From: Anolis carolinensis | Lineage: Eukaryota | NCBI RefSeq assembly: GCF_035594765.1 | Contig: NC_085842.1 | Location: 133,499,036 to 133,563,035 of the forward strand | Length of the DNA stretch: 64,000 nt | Direction of reading: 5' to 3' | Part shown: positions 34,545 through 48,735 of the stretch, in pieces | Position numbering within the stretch: position 1 is the stretch's first letter | Layout of the letters: every line of letters starts with the position of its first letter | Translations under genes and position numbers: made by a program | The notes under the pieces: generated by a model | What the model was told of the DNA's origin: nothing | Databases searched by the model: none | The model's input: only the letters and a program-made list of their open reading frames with translations

Positions 34545-35370
34545 TATAATAATAATAATAACTTAATTTTTGTACCCTGCCTCTATCTCCCTGAAGGAAC
34601 TCGAGGCGGTTAACATGGGGCCAAGTCCAGGCAATTACAATAAAACAAAAAATATGTATACAAGACACGCGTCATAATCAAGTAAAATGCTTACAGAATA
34701 GCATACTAAAACAATAAAATAGTAACAATAAAATAATAAAACATTGTATAAAATAATAATTTTAAAAATAAAAACAGTACAAGAATTAAACGAGGGCGAA
34801 CTGGGCCAAAGTGTGAGGAGTGGAAATTATAAAAACCCTGTGGGTTAGGGAGATAGCTAAAGTGCTGCATTTAGTGAGGAACTCGTGGTGAGGTGAACAA
34901 TGAGGTTATTCTTGGCTGAGGAACAAAATAAAATGCATCAGAAAAACAGATTGACACTGAGACGGGGCCTGACATGGGGATTAATTATTAATTCTTCAAA
35001 AGCACCCAGGAAAAGCCAAGTTTTTAAACTTTTCCTGAAGGCTGACAGATTGGATGCTGCCTAATCTCCCTGGGGAATGAGTTTCAGAGCCAAAGGGCCA
35101 CCATGGAGAAGGCCCTCTCTCTCGTCCCCACAAGCCACGCTTGTGACTGAGGCAGGAGCGAGAGGAGGGCCTTCCCCAAAGATCAAAGAGATCGAGCCGG
35201 TTCATAGGAGGAAATGCGATCACGAAGGTAAATGGGTCCTGAACTGTTCAGGGCTTTGTAGATGATCACTTGCACCTTGAATTGGGACTGGAAAATGGAG
35301 TTCCTTAAACAGACAGCCAATGGAGTTCCTTAAACAGAGGGGTTGACAGCTCCCTGTAATTCGCTCCAGA
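34545..35370 (-). mobile_element. L2-clade LINE 3' fragment
   Basis: (TTA)n tail and ccgcctcgagttccttcagggagatagaggcagggtac on the minus strand; LQGAVNPLFKELHW-like C-terminus. Confidence 0.7.
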
Positions 35371-36457
35371 CAGTATATGGCAAAAGAATGTAAATTTAAA
35401 TCATTCTCCTACATGGGTTTCAGGCTTTTCCCAACCCTTGACACATAAGTCAATTGAAAATAAAGAAAGAAATAATGATGGAGCACTGCTCTCAAGAAAG
35501 TCTTCACAAGTAAAGTCCAAATAAAGTCCCAAGTAAAGTCTACAGGGGTTCCCGGGTATTTTTGTACCCTGTTTCGGGGAAAAAAATCCCCTTCTTCAGG
35601 AGTGGTATAATCAGCAACAATGAACTTAGTGCCTAATTGCTTACAAGAAATGACTCTGCTTGTGGTGTATCATTATTTTCTTCATTCTGTATACCGCAAC
35701 ATGACCAACTGTCTGTTTACTTCGTTTGGAAGATATTTTCATTGATTATGTATCCCTGAACCCCATATACATTGGAACCTATATCAAACTTAGATAACTT
35801 TTGTGTTAGAGCTGTTGCTCCTTTTCATTTTGTCTGGTACTACCAAATTGAGCTTTGTACGGGGAACTTTAATAATACTATATGCTGTCTGGACATTATA
35901 TTTTCTTATATTTATAGACCATCTTGTGTTTGTGTAGAAGTATATGTGGAAACATAGGTTGCCTACCCTGATGGAGTCTGTGACTTTGTCCTAATGTAAT
36001 GTGAGTTAATAGATATTTCTTTACCGATCTTCTGAAACTTCACAGTACCTCAGTTTAGATTGTTGATGTGAAGTTGTCGCCTTTTGCCCTTTTTGGATTG
36101 GCCACCTCATTCTGTCATGGGATTAAGCATCATGCTCTGAAGACTGGAGCGGCATTTTTCATTCTGACCCTCAGTAAGCTATACACCACTCCCTTTTTGT
36201 CAGAATTGGAAGTGATGTTGGAACTGGAAGTTATTTCTAATGGATTTTAGGGCAAGTTCTTCTTGCTGTTTGCCCTCAATAGTGCTAAATGTTTAATTTT
36301 ACTAGTCCTGCTCCCCCATACTTCTCAGTTTTTTTAAACCCTACTCAGTAGATAGGATGGGGTCAATTGGACCCAGGAACTGAAAGGGCTGTGCAGTTTC
36401 CACACTGATCAAACACTTTAAATCCCTAGGTTTTTAATACAATGTTTGTAATTGCAG

Positions 36458-36579
36458 GTGGGCCTGGTTTACATGTTCAATCTAATAGTTGGGACAGGAG
36501 CTTTAACAATGCCAAAGGCCTTTGCTGCAGCTGGTTGGCTTGTCAGCCTCATCCTAATAATGTTCCTAGCATTTATGAG
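36458..36579 (+). CDS. TMEM104: TMEM104 coding exon 2 (VGLVYMFNLIVGTGALTMPKAFAAAGWLVSLILIMFLAFM)
   Basis: SLC38-like TM1 motif NLIVGTGALTMP; AG acceptor and GTAAG donor. Confidence 0.97.
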
Positions 36580-37808
36580 GTAAGATTGTGCTCTATATCT
36601 CTTCTATTAAAAAACAGCTAAGAACTTGCATTAGTCACAAGTAAAGCTAGTGTCAAAGTAATTCCGTTCTTGCAGGAACTTTCTTAATGTGATTTCATTA
36701 AGTAAGATGTTATAAGACATTTGCAGGTATTCTAGATGATATTCTTGTCTAATTCATTTATTGCATGAGAGATGGAGATAGATTAAATTGCACATATATT
36801 CCTACCCATTTGGCACACCATTCCTGAACACATAGCTGTAATGCACAAATAATGTGTTCACATGTGTGTCTACAATCTCATCACACACAGAGATTCCACT
36901 ATAGGTAGGTCTATTGCCTATAGTCAGTATCCCAGACAAGTTATTAATATGGTTCTGTTCTTATTGCTGGTTATGTGTACACCATGTCTGTATGTTTATT
37001 TAATATATATCCTGTTCCTCTTTACAAAGAACATAGGGCAACTCACAAACAGATTCTTTGTAAGTTGCCTGATATTTAGCAGTACCAAAAACCAGGAATG
37101 GAAAGCATGCTCTTTGTGTAGGGTAGTATTCCAGATAAACATAGCATCCAATTGGGCCTAATGTCTGCCTAATGCAGAGATGGGGGAAATTGGCAGTCCA
37201 GAGTTTGTTGCAGTGCACCTTCTGTCAGACCAACCAACATAAGCAGGGATAGAGGACTAGAGATGCAGTATAGCAGGATTTCCTGGTTTGAAGGATAGCT
37301 GAAGTCAGTAGTTGACATGCCAATTTTAAATCACATGTATAACATGTTCTCCTCCATCAGTGTGTTGGCAAACTCCAGAAGTAAATAATTAAAGTGTGAT
37401 TTCTCTGATAATAATGCAGATATGTATAGTTCTGATTCCCAATATGCTACCCTCAAAGTTAAAAGGAGAGACACAACCTTAGAGACTAATTTCTTCCCTG
37501 GGTTGTCTGTACCTTGCGGACATCTTGGATTGTGAAGGGGCTGGTTTACATCTCACATAGACTCACACATAAAATTTACAGGGCGGGTTGGATTCAAATG
37601 CAAATTCTTTTGAATAGTTTTCAGAAATAAAGGAAGCAAGAGTTTCTCCTTGTTACTGAGAACCTTTTTTTAAATAGCCCAAGAATGTAGGTGCAAGATG
37701 GAAAAGAAAAACACCAAGTGGAGAACTAAGTTAGCTTTTTCCTAATATTTAGTGTACCGCCTAAACCTTTGATGAAGTGTTAGCAACTGGAAATTAATAC
37801 ACTAAGTA

Positions 37809-38165
37809 CTGTATTTCATTGTGTAATAGTGGCACCCCCCCCCTTTTGGGGGTCTTAGTTTTGGTCTTTAAAAATTCTTTGCATAATAGCCGTACCACTT
37901 GCCAGCACGCCTGCCCCGTGGAGCATCCTCCGTAGCTCTAAGGGGCAGATGTGCGGGTGGGTGAAGGAGCTAGAGCTAGGAGGCTTCACTTGGCCAGCCG
38001 AGAGAGGCCTCATAACTGCCAGGCGTGCAAATAGAGCTAGTAGGTCTCCTTTACCTGCGCAGCTCCATAGGCACCCCTTTTTTTCCCCATAACATAATAG
38101 TCACACCCCCTTTTTTGAAGGGGGAAGAAAGGGGAAAAGTATGACTATTATGCGATGAAATATAG
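37809..38165. mobile_element. Tc2/pogo-like MITE (decayed)
   Basis: Inverted ends ctgtatttcattgtgtaatagt and actattatgcgatgaaatatag; TA flanks. Confidence 0.55.
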
Positions 38166-40038
38166 TATAGTTATGGTAGTTCCACGGGAAAAGTATAGCT
38201 TTCAGTGATTGAGAGCAACATTTTCTGCTCATGCCTTTTCTTCCTGAGTTGAGAGTACTTAATCTTATAAATTAATTAGCATCTCCGGAAAGGACAGCAT
38301 TACAGAAGTTTTGGTTCTTTTGGATGAAGGACATAACTCCTTACATTATCTGTGTCTAAATTTTTTTCTTTTGAGGTCTTATAAAAGACATTATTTCAGA
38401 AATGTGAAGTCTACATGTAACATTTCCTACCTGGTACTTTTATTTCTCTTCTTGTTCACTTCCTGATGCAGCAGGGATATTTTTTTTGTTTTTGTTTTTG
38501 TTTTTTTGCACTTCTGGCTTCCTAATAGCCTCCAGAGAATGATTGGCGCAGTAAAATAATGTGGAGAAAATCATTACCCAGGCTTCTGGAAGAACCTACT
38601 ATGCTCTAATCCTAGCAAGACTAATTTCTTATTCAGACTTGATAAATGAGTTCAGCTTGATTTTCATTTTTGCTTGCAATGAGAGAAGGATCTTAAAAGG
38701 GCCATTTAACTGAGGTAGTGACAATTCAGTTTTAAGATCTACAAAGCAAACTGTAACGGTGAATGGGAATTACAGATGGATCACTGCTTTTAACCATTGC
38801 CCTGTTTTCAAACTTTTAAGAAAGTAATTGTGCCCAAGTGATTTGATTGTTAACACAGATGTAGCCCTTTCAATGTTGTGCATCAGTCATATCTCCCATC
38901 CAAGGATATAAATCAGGATTAGAGAATCTGATGCCCTCTCAATGTCATTGGACTGCAACTCCCATTATGACATGCTGCCAGAGCTTAATAGGAATTGGAG
39001 TTCAACTTCTGGAGGGCCACATGTTACACTGTATCATGACAAATTATAATCTCCCCATGATTGTGTATTATTATTATTATTATTGTTACTACTACTACTA
39101 TGTAATTTCTGTGTTAGTAGATAACTATTACTACTACATGATGATTGTATTTATTTGTACCCTGCTTTTCTTTCTTTCTTTCTTGACACCGAAAGCAACT
39201 AAGATAACAAGATCAATGGTATAGTGAGGTATCTATGAAACATGCTTTATCTTAGGATTTCTGTTCAAATTAGGTTTAATTTTGTAGTTCTTTGAAGATT
39301 TGGGGGATAACATCTACTGAGATATCATGCAGTAGATATTCCATTCCAGCCAATAGAGGTGGCACAATTGTAATCTTATGATGTGGTTTTCTTCAGTTAA
39401 TGTTTTCAGGAGACATTCTTGATGAGTTGTATTAATTTTTCTCCTTTTATTAATGATGCTGTTTGGGAGTTTTGCTCCAACTAACTCTGTTCAACTTTGC
39501 TATTAAGAGAGCAACTAGATATGATGGAGAGCAGGCAAATGTATGGCTCATGTGTCCCATGAATGACAGTGTCTGTAAGATTTGCATAAATAGGACCGTG
39601 CGAATGAGGAGAACTGAGCCTTCTTCACTTGCCCATCTTTCTGTATTCCATTGCTTCAGGTATTTTCCCCCATAGCCCATTTCATTTCCAGTATTGAAGT
39701 CATGAGGTTTCTATAGGCAGTCTGAAGGCATGCATACACACAAGCATAGGGGAGCTAAACTGGGAGGCAAAAATGAATTTTGAGGAAATACATCCTATGG
39801 GCTTGGGACCTCTATGGGTCTTTAGAGTGCCACTCCTGTATTTATCCATGAACAGGAAAGATAAGTGAAAAATGAAGTGGGCATATCCCAATGTGTCTAA
39901 TGTAGTTTTTATCCTTAATACTTCTTATATTTTTCCCTTCAAAATATAATGATTTGTGGACTGAGTGGGTTGGGATGGCATATTGCAAATCATTTTTATT
40001 GTGCTTGTATAATTGGTATCTTAAATTTTTCTTGCTAG

Positions 40039-40120
40039 TTATATGACTACAACATTTGTAATTGAGGCCATGGCTTCAGCAAATGCTCATCTTCGCTGGA
40101 AAAGAATGGAAAAGCACAAG
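40039..40120 (+). CDS. TMEM104: TMEM104 coding exon 3 (SYMTTTFVIEAMASANAHLRWKRMEKHK)
   Basis: TTTFVIEAMA motif; consistent phase. Confidence 0.96.
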
Positions 40121-40679
40121 GTTTGTGTAGCATGTTCTAATTTGTTTTCTTATCTTGGTCTATTGCTAAGTTCCCGCTGTTTTATTCTGTTTTTCATTTT
40201 ACATGTTTGGCTTTAAGAAATGGCAATAAATTCTTCACTGTCTCGGAAAACCTGTTTCATCACAAATTTACTCTTTTTTGCTATTGACATGGGAGCTGAG
40301 CCATATAATTAAAGATACAAAAACTACATAAGTATATTAGCTTGTAGAAGGAGAGATTTGGGACAAATCCAATTGTTAATCCCAACTACAGATGATTCAA
40401 AGAAATTATGGCACTTACATGCACCCCTATATTGAGAACAAGGTGGGATAAAAATAAAGTAAATACATGAAATAATAAAAACTTGAATGACTCATAACTT
40501 AGTAAAGGTTTCATTAGGTTTTTTTGTGCTGAAACTAGTACTATCAATAAGAAGTAGACCCTAGTCCCTTTTTCTAGCAAGTAACATCTGCTTTTTAGTG
40601 ATTGACATCCTATTTCTTGTCTAATTTCTTCAATAATCCTAGATTTTGTATTGTTCACACTCATTTCTTGCTCTTTTAG

Positions 40680-40782
40680 GAAGATGACGAGGAAGAAGAC
40701 TCTTCATCTGGAGTTTCTGATAGTGACATTCTTCTCCCAGATGGCTATGAACGGACAGAGACACGGCCTATCCTATCTATTC
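40680..40782 (+). CDS. TMEM104: TMEM104 coding exon 4 (EDDEEEDSSSGVSDSDILLPDGYERTETRPILSI)
   Basis: Acidic loop; ttttag acceptor and gtaagt donor. Confidence 0.95.
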
Positions 40783-41322
40783 GTAAGTAACTAATTGATT
40801 CTTATTTCATTCTACTGTGTGAGAAATAGTGTGCAGTTTCCTAAAAGCTGGTATTTGATAAGGAGGGAAAACTTTAAAAGTTACTGCATGTTTTTCTTGC
40901 ATCAGGCATAACAGATATACATGTCCACCCTGCAAGTATCGTTATTCTTAGAGGACTATAATTACAACTGTTTTTGTAACTCGAGGAAACACCAAACCAC
41001 TGACATGCCCTATCTTCTTCATGGCCTCCTGTGGGGTCACAATTGTACAGCAATGCTCTATAGGGAACCTATGGGTTGTTGAGACTACATCATAAGTTAT
41101 GATAATTATATTCCTGTTAATTAATGTACAAAACCTAATTGCACACATGCTCTTATTTGTTTTCCTTCATTGTACATGCATATATTAATATTGTCTGCTC
41201 TATTGTAATGAATTTATGCCACCTTCTCATACGCCTGGAAAAGGGGAAGGGAGAATGGGTCACAGCTTCACGACTCTCCCTTTGAGATAAGAGCTAAGAG
41301 TGTCTTTTCTTTTAATCTATAG

Positions 41323-41403
41323 AAAGACGAGAAGCACCTAATATTTTTGAAATCTCTGAAAGAGCAGAGATGGGTCAGATGGCTTCCCTATTCTTCAATA
41401 AAG
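41323..41403 (+). CDS. TMEM104: TMEM104 coding exon 5 (QRREAPNIFEISERAEMGQMASLFFNK)
   Basis: EMGQMAS motif; consistent phase. Confidence 0.95.
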
Positions 41404-42296
41404 GTAACTACCTCTAAGCCACAAGACATGGCTCCTGTTGGATATGTTGGTTTCCAATTGACTATGTGGTGTTAGTTTTCCTTCAGCCCAATCAGTTACA
41501 TTTCCTTAACAGTGTTTAATGCTCTTCCTCAGAGCAACGACAGTTTCAAATGAATACATCATTTGTATGCAGCCTATTGTGCTACAGTATCAGTTTTAGA
41601 AACTAGAATATTACTGAAATGTTTCAAAGCGAAAAGTTGGCTTAAATCTAGCTGACCTGCTTCTGTGATAGGAAAGTATATACATTTTTTATCTGAAGGT
41701 CCTATATCTATTATCTTCTAATTTTGCCCAGAAAAAGAAAATTTAGAGTTAAAAGGAGTAATATCTAAGTTGCAGATCATGAACTTTGACTCTGGTTTCA
41801 CATTAGACATAGGCGATACAATCAGCCCTCCACATTTGTGAGTTTGAGTTTTGTGGATTTGATTATTCACAGATTAAAATGTTCTCTTTAGGAATCTCTA
41901 GTTTTTTCAGTGTGGCTCTATGGTCAGCTTCAGATCAAAGGTGACCATAGAGTTGTGCAAGAGAACTAGAGATTTGTTCTGTGGGTAAAAAAGTGGGTTT
42001 TATGTGCTTTTTTTCCATTTCACAGAAGTCCTGTCTCCCTAACCCCAGTTAATGTGGAAGACTAACTATATATCTTTCACTAGTATTTATAAATGTAATG
42101 AAGAGTTTATACAATACATGTGATGATGTCAGGGTAGAATTCAAATGTAGATAGTGGATTTTTGATGAGGCTTGATTTATCTTAAAAGGACCATTTTAGA
42201 ATTTAAAACCGACAGTAGACAGACTGTTGACAGCCAACTGACTGAGTGAATCTTCTGTAGTTAAATATCTTATTATTTTAAACAGTAGAAATTTTA

Positions 42297-42908
42297 ATCA
42301 TAAAATCATAGAATAGTAGAATTGGAAGAGATCTCATGGGCCATCCAGTCCAACCCCCTACCAAGAAGCAGGAAATCGCATTCAAAGCACCCCAACAGAT
42401 GGCCATCCAGCTTCTGCTTAAAAGCCTCCAAAGAAGGAGCCTCCACCACAGTCCACTGCTGAATAGCTCTCACAGTGAGGAAGTTCTTCCTGATGTTCAG
42501 GTGGAAATTCCTTTCCTGTATTTTGAAGCCATTGTTCCGCGTCCTAGTCTGCAGGGCAGCAGAAAACAAGCTTGCTCCCTCCTCCCTATGACTTCCCTTC
42601 ACATATTTGTACATGGCTATCATGTCTCCTCTCAGCCTTCTCTTCTGCAGGCTAAACATGCCCAGTTTTTTAAGCCGCTCCTCATAGGGTTGTTCTCCAG
42701 ACCCTTGATCATTTTAGTCGCCCTCCTCTGGATGCTTTCCAGCTTGTCAACATCTCCCTTCAATTGCGGTGCCCAGAATGGGACACAGTATTCCAGGTGT
42801 GGTCTGACCAAGACAGAATAGAGGGGTAGCATGACTTCCCTGGATCTAGATGCTGTACCCCTATTTATGCCGGCCAGAATCCCGTTGGCCTTTTTAGCAG
42901 CTGCATCA
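42297..42908 (-). mobile_element. CR1 LINE 3' fragment
   Basis: [19 protein letters not shown]...[16 protein letters not shown]; (attctatg)-type tail. Same family as 6460-7210. Confidence 0.9.
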
Positions 42909-45900
42909 TTTTTTGGACTGATATATCCTTAATAAATAGTCTCTTTATAAGCTTCAGCACATAGGATGTGTTACATCCAGTTTTCTGAAGAAATAGCTTT
43001 GTTAGTCAGTTTCAGTATAAAAAGGAAACAAAGGAAAAGTCTTTTGGAGCATCTGAGGCTGACATTTATATTTTAGAAGGACCTCACTTCTTCCTCAGAT
43101 GCATCCATTTGTAGTGGTGATGAAAATTAACTTCACCCAGTAGAGGGTGCTCAAATCATATATGTGAGTTCTGAACAAAAGCTGTTTCTTAAGAAACAAA
43201 ACACAAAGCAAGATGCTAAATATTTTGTGATCTAGATAGGTACATCTCTATGTATGTTTTCCACCCTTTCCACTTACAAAGCAGTTTCACAGACTTGTGC
43301 CTGTCATAATGAAAACATGAGCACAAGTCAGTGAGAGGGAGAAGACTGAATCATAATTATAAGCTACGATGAAAGAAATGTTCCCTCAAAGCCAGGATTG
43401 TCCCTGACTCTGATTTCTACTGCTGAATTTGTAAAATGACACCTTGTCACTTCACAATTTTGAAAGGTTATGTTAGTTTCAGATGCACATTGTCAAACAT
43501 GACATTTAATGAGAAGAGTATCAGAACATTTTTGAGAGAAGTGATTCAGTCTTACAAAGTTGTTAAATATTTATTTATTATTTATTAGGAAGTTTCTATA
43601 TTGCCTTTCTCCGAGGACCCAAGGCGATTTACAACAACATCTGAACATGCAATATACATTTTAAACCATTAAAATAATCACTTATGTTTCCATTGAACAT
43701 AACAGGTGTAGAACCATATAAAATTCCCAGGAAGATAAAATAATATTACTGTATACAGTTCCTAGGCACATGTAAGAGTTATGTAAATAAATCAGATTTG
43801 TCTGATCTATTATTGAGTTGTAATATGGATCTGAAAAAACTGGCTATGAATCTATCATATTTTTGATGTTTTTTCCTCCCCTTTGTCTCTCTGACATTTG
43901 ATTTCTTGTCAAACTATCTAAATGATCAGCATAAACAAATTTGTATCATACAATCCAATATAAATGTGAGAATTTGGAATCCTTTTTGTGGATAAAGATA
44001 TATTTGCCCTACCTTTAAGAGTTCATAGAAAAACTTGTCTATTGACTGCACATATCAGCAGACTACTTTAGTATAAGCACCGTATTATGCAGTGCTAGAC
44101 TAGAGGTATTATTTGCACAGAGTCCTTTTCACCATATTCACTAGCAATATTTAGATCATTCTCTAGCTTACCAGGGATGTTCCTATTTGTTTTGTCTTGG
44201 TGGATGTTGTATGAGTACCAGAAATCAGACATCATAGTGTGTTCAGTTCTCTTATCTCATCTCTCACTGTAGAAAGCACCAGCCCTTGTGCATTTGAACT
44301 GTTTCAAAATTTCTGTTTGCTCAGTAAAGTGAAATTGGACCTTTCTTTTCTGCATATTGTGGCTTTATTTGAGCTTGAAACAAGGGTGTGAATCCTCAGT
44401 GTGTTAATATTCCATTTCAAAATAATACCTTTGTTGTTATGTTATGTTTGTTGTTATGGTGGAAAGATTTATGCCATGCTGTCAAAGAACCAGACTTTTA
44501 AAGTTTCGTGGGTTGTGGCTCTGTTGAATGGAAATGGATAGTGGCTCTGTTATTTATCCTTTTTAGAGTTATTGGCTTGTTAAAAGCAAAATCCTTGTTT
44601 TCTTAGCATTCTTTCCTCACTCCCTTGACTATCTTAACAATCTAACATTCTCTGGGTCTCGTTTTAGAAGTTAAGCTGTGGATAAATCTTTTACCTCTGA
44701 CTTGACTGTTTTCTGTAGGGAATAGATTTGCAGCCATAACACTTTAGGCAGACAAGCTGGCAGGGGAGTATCAGGGAGTGCTCTGCATATCTCCAGTGAA
44801 GGGAAGCAGAGCTGGGTGCTGTTCCGTATGAAGGATCCAGGAGTCATTTATTGTAGTAATGGATTCCAGGCACATGCATCACGTACCATCCTTGTAGGAA
44901 GTCATTGATCTTCCTGTTTTGTGTCCAGTAATGAAAGTATTGATTGATGAAGGTCGGTGGCAGTTTATAAAACAGAGCTGAGGCTAATGTCCCTCTGTCG
45001 GTAGGAAAGGCGGGCATCGGCGGGGGTTGGAATCTCACCTGAAACCCTTTGTTTATTTTAAAGTTCAACCTTAGACTCCTGTTAGTCCTGAGCAAGTAGC
45101 AGGAAGAGCTGGAGATGTTGTAAGGAGTAATAGAAAAACTGGCTGGAAAGCTAAGGTTTCAAGTTAAGAGGGCTTAAAATAGCATGCTCTTCTTGGACTT
45201 TCTGTCTTTAATAAATACCTTGAGTTGCTATGATTAAGGCATTGACACTCGGTTTGGATCCTAGGAAATGAAAGAGGTTCATGTGAATAACAGCACATCC
45301 AACCTCATTATTTTCTGCTCAAGGACCTGGCTTATTGCCAACTTGACTGTAAATGCTTTTTTGGAAGCAAGTATTTCAAACACATATACTCCAGGCTGAA
45401 GTTAAGTGACCTAACTGTGCGGATCCTTTGCTCTAATGGCGAAATAGTAACAATAAATGATAGTGATTTTTCTACAGCCTTCTCAAATACCTCATCCTTT
45501 ATTTTATCAATTTAAAGGACATAATTTGGACACTAATTAATGCCATTTTTGGGAAGTGGTGCTCTTGAGTAGCTGAGACTGTAGAAAAGCATTTGTGAAG
45601 AGTTTTTTTTTCTTTGCAAGTTGTAGTGAATACTTGCATTCTTTATAGTTATTTTCTTTGCTCTGGTCACAGACATATTGAGAACTGGTCTGCATTGTTC
45701 TTTTTGGTTCTTATTTTATACGTAGAATGTTAACACATGTCTTAGAAGAGCTGTGACACTGTAATACAGGCAGATTAGGGGCCATGAGATGCACTGCATA
45801 GGTAGTTTATATATTTCACCACAATCAAACATGTTTCAAACATCACAAATTAATTCAGAATCTACAAATGGCAAGCAAATAAATAAGTAAACAAATAAAT

Positions 45901-46429
45901 CACAAAATGATGTTTTTCCATGAGTTGTAAAATCTAAATGACTATATAGACCAATTCTCAATATGCTATGAAACACAATTATGCGGGAGGGGGTATACTT
46001 CTGCTCTGCTTGCTAAGCTTAAAATGTTTTGCAGCACAATATGTTACCATAGTAGCTGAAGTCTGTTGAGAAGTAGAGTTGCTAGTGTCTAATTGGAAGA
46101 CAAATGATAAAATGCTAGCTTGGTTATAAGATTGGTAATATTTTTGTGGAGCTTCATTATATTTTACTTTCACAGCACAATCAAATTTTCTCCTTTATAT
46201 GAAACAGTTTATGTTTATTTCTATCTCTTTCTTTCCATTTAAAATGAAATCTTTTTGGTTTCATTTCTTTAGAGTCAGGCATCTCTTTATCTCTATTGAT
46301 TTCTGCTCATGAGAGCAGAGTTTGTTTGCCTTCTAGTAATCCATTCTGTCAGTAAAATTGTGGATTCTCTTCCTCTGCCTTCTGCCACTTCATGTCTTCT
46401 GGAAAAAAGGCATGTTTTTTCTTATCATA

Positions 46430-47208
46430 TCATGTTTCCCCGAATATAGGCCATCCCCTGAAAATAAGACCTAGTAGAGGTTTGGGGGAATTACCCCCTC
46501 TCCCCCACCAGTCTCCAGATCCAGCTTGCCAGCTTTGAACTGGATTATCTGGCAGTGTAGACTCATACCATCCAGGCCAAAGCAGATCATCTGGAGTCAG
46601 AAACCTGGATTCTGTGACAGTTTAGACCAGACCTGGGCCAACTTAAGCCCTCCAGGTGTTTTGGACTCCAACTCTCACAATTTCTAACAGCCAGTAGCCT
46701 GTTAGGAATTGTGGGAATTGAAGTCCAAAACACCTGGAGGGCCGAAATTGGCCCAGGCCTGGTTTAGACTCATCATCCAGCAGCTAATCTAGATCCAGAA
46801 ACCTGGATTCTATGACAGTTTAGACTGATATCATATCATCCACTTCAAAGCAGATAATCTGGATTCAGAAACCTGGTTTCTATGACAGTTTAGACCAGGG
46901 GTCCCCAAACTAAGGCCCGGGGCCACATGCAGCCCATCGAAGCCATTTATCCGGCTCCAATGGCAGCGGCTCCCTCCTCCTCCGCCAAGGAAAGTGCATG
47001 TGGCATGAAGGAGGAGGGAAATGAGCATGCCTTTGCCACCTCCTCCCTCTCCTGGTGCGAGCCTTCCAAAGCTTGGCTTCTTTATAATGGTATTTTAATT
47101 ATTATTTAATTAATTATTAATTATTAAGGGGTACTTTGCTAGTGCTTTTGGTGCACAAAGGCAGAAGGGGGTTGGACTAAATGGCCCAAGAGATCTCTTC
47201 CAACCCTC

Positions 47209-47253
<45 letters not shown>

Positions 47254-47901
47254 GACAGAAGGACACAGTATAACACAGCAAACAAGATCTATATGCTGGA
47301 TTTCATATCACAAACTCAGAAGTCAAACACTTCCCAAGCATTTAGGACTGTGATATATATATCACACACACACAGTAGAGTCTCACTTATCCAAGCTAAA
47401 GCTTGGATAAGCGAATATCTTGGATAATAAGGAGGGATTAAGGAAAAGCCTATTAAACATCAAATTAGGTTATGATTTTACAAATTAAGCACCAAAACAT
47501 CATGTTATACAACAAATTTGACAGAAAAAGCAGTTCAATACGCAGTAATGCTATGTTGTAATTACTGTATTTACGAATTTAGCACCAAAATATCACGATA
47601 TATGGAAAACATTAACTACAAAAATGACTTGGATAATCCAGAAACTTGGATAAGCGAGGCTTGGATAAGTGAGACTCTACTGTAGTTACAAGAAATTCTT
47701 CATAGGATTCACAGTTTCTCTGGTTATGCTGGTTTGTGATGACAACTCTGTACAGTATATAATAAATGTTCATTTTTGTTCAACAATAAATGTGAGTTCT
47801 TCTTCATAAAAAAAATAAGACATCCCCTGAAAATAAGACTTAGCACATCTTTGGGAGCAAAAATTAATATAAGACAATGTCTTATTTTTGGGGAAACAGG
47901 G
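46430..47901. mobile_element. Nested transposon cluster bounded by the two ends of a Tc2-like MITE
   Basis: 46430-46493 and 47689-47901 match opposite ends of the 19212-19621 MITE. Inside: hAT MITE 46628-46761 (TSD gtttagac), OC1-like end at 46896, (ATT)n plus Dong 3' end at 47209-47353, Tigger MITE at 47373-47682. Confidence 0.75.
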
Positions 47902-47904
47902 TAT

Positions 47905-48735
47905 GTAAATATGCAAATCTTATGGGACTGGAATTCCACCCAGTTTTGAAATGGAGTTACTGCTAAGTGATTTCATCTCCAGTAGATTGTGGGTTTGAAA
48001 ACCTGGAATGCTAAGCAGCCAGAGGGCCGAAAGAAGCACAAATGGATATGAAGGCAAGAACAGAAGTCTTTAATTCTCAATATCCAGAAAGGATATCAGT
48101 AGAGCTAGCATTCAAAGTACTGATGTACCCCAACTGTGAACACATGGGTTATTTATAGTAGTACAGAACAGTTTGAAATTGCTATTCTGGTTTCCCATTG
48201 GTCTTAGAGGGTGCTGGCTAGGAACCACAGCTTCATTGGAGGAAGCATGAATCTGCTTCTGCCTCTGAACCAGCCAGAGGTGAGTGAGGCAGGAAATTTA
48301 ATCGATTGTCATTGCTCATTTTGATGTTTGTATCTGTTGTGAGTCATAGAAACTGGGTGAATCTGGCTGGAATGCTATTTGATAAGTGTTTGATAGGTTC
48401 TGTGAATGCGATTTCCTGCTTCTTAGCAGGGGGTTGGACTGGATGGCCCATGTGGTCTCTTCCAACTCTACTATTCTATGATTCTATGATTCTGATGGGG
48501 CAATGCCATCTAGACAAAGGAGGTGCTGGCCAGTTGACAAAAGGCACAGTTAAATACAATGGAGGATTCCCAGAGGGTGGCTGGATAGGTGTTATAGATG
48601 AAGCAAGTTCCTAGGAAGAGGACAAACGAGGGCATTGGGCATCCTCTGTGACTACTGGTTTGCTTCATTATTAGGTGATTGTGATGATTTGGGGCTTTGT
48701 TCCATGGATTCCAAGATGTGGTGAAGCACATTACA
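47905..48735 (-). mobile_element. Possible LTR remnant containing a CR1 3' end (~48395-48492)
   Basis: On the minus strand CCAAT boxes, TATAAATA and ATTAAA occur in LTR order. Termini and TSD not resolved. Confidence 0.35.

Noticed and set aside
44844-45095. 83-aa minus-strand ORF in a CpG-containing intronic patch
   Set aside because: No recognisable homology or supporting exons; cannot be supported without a search.
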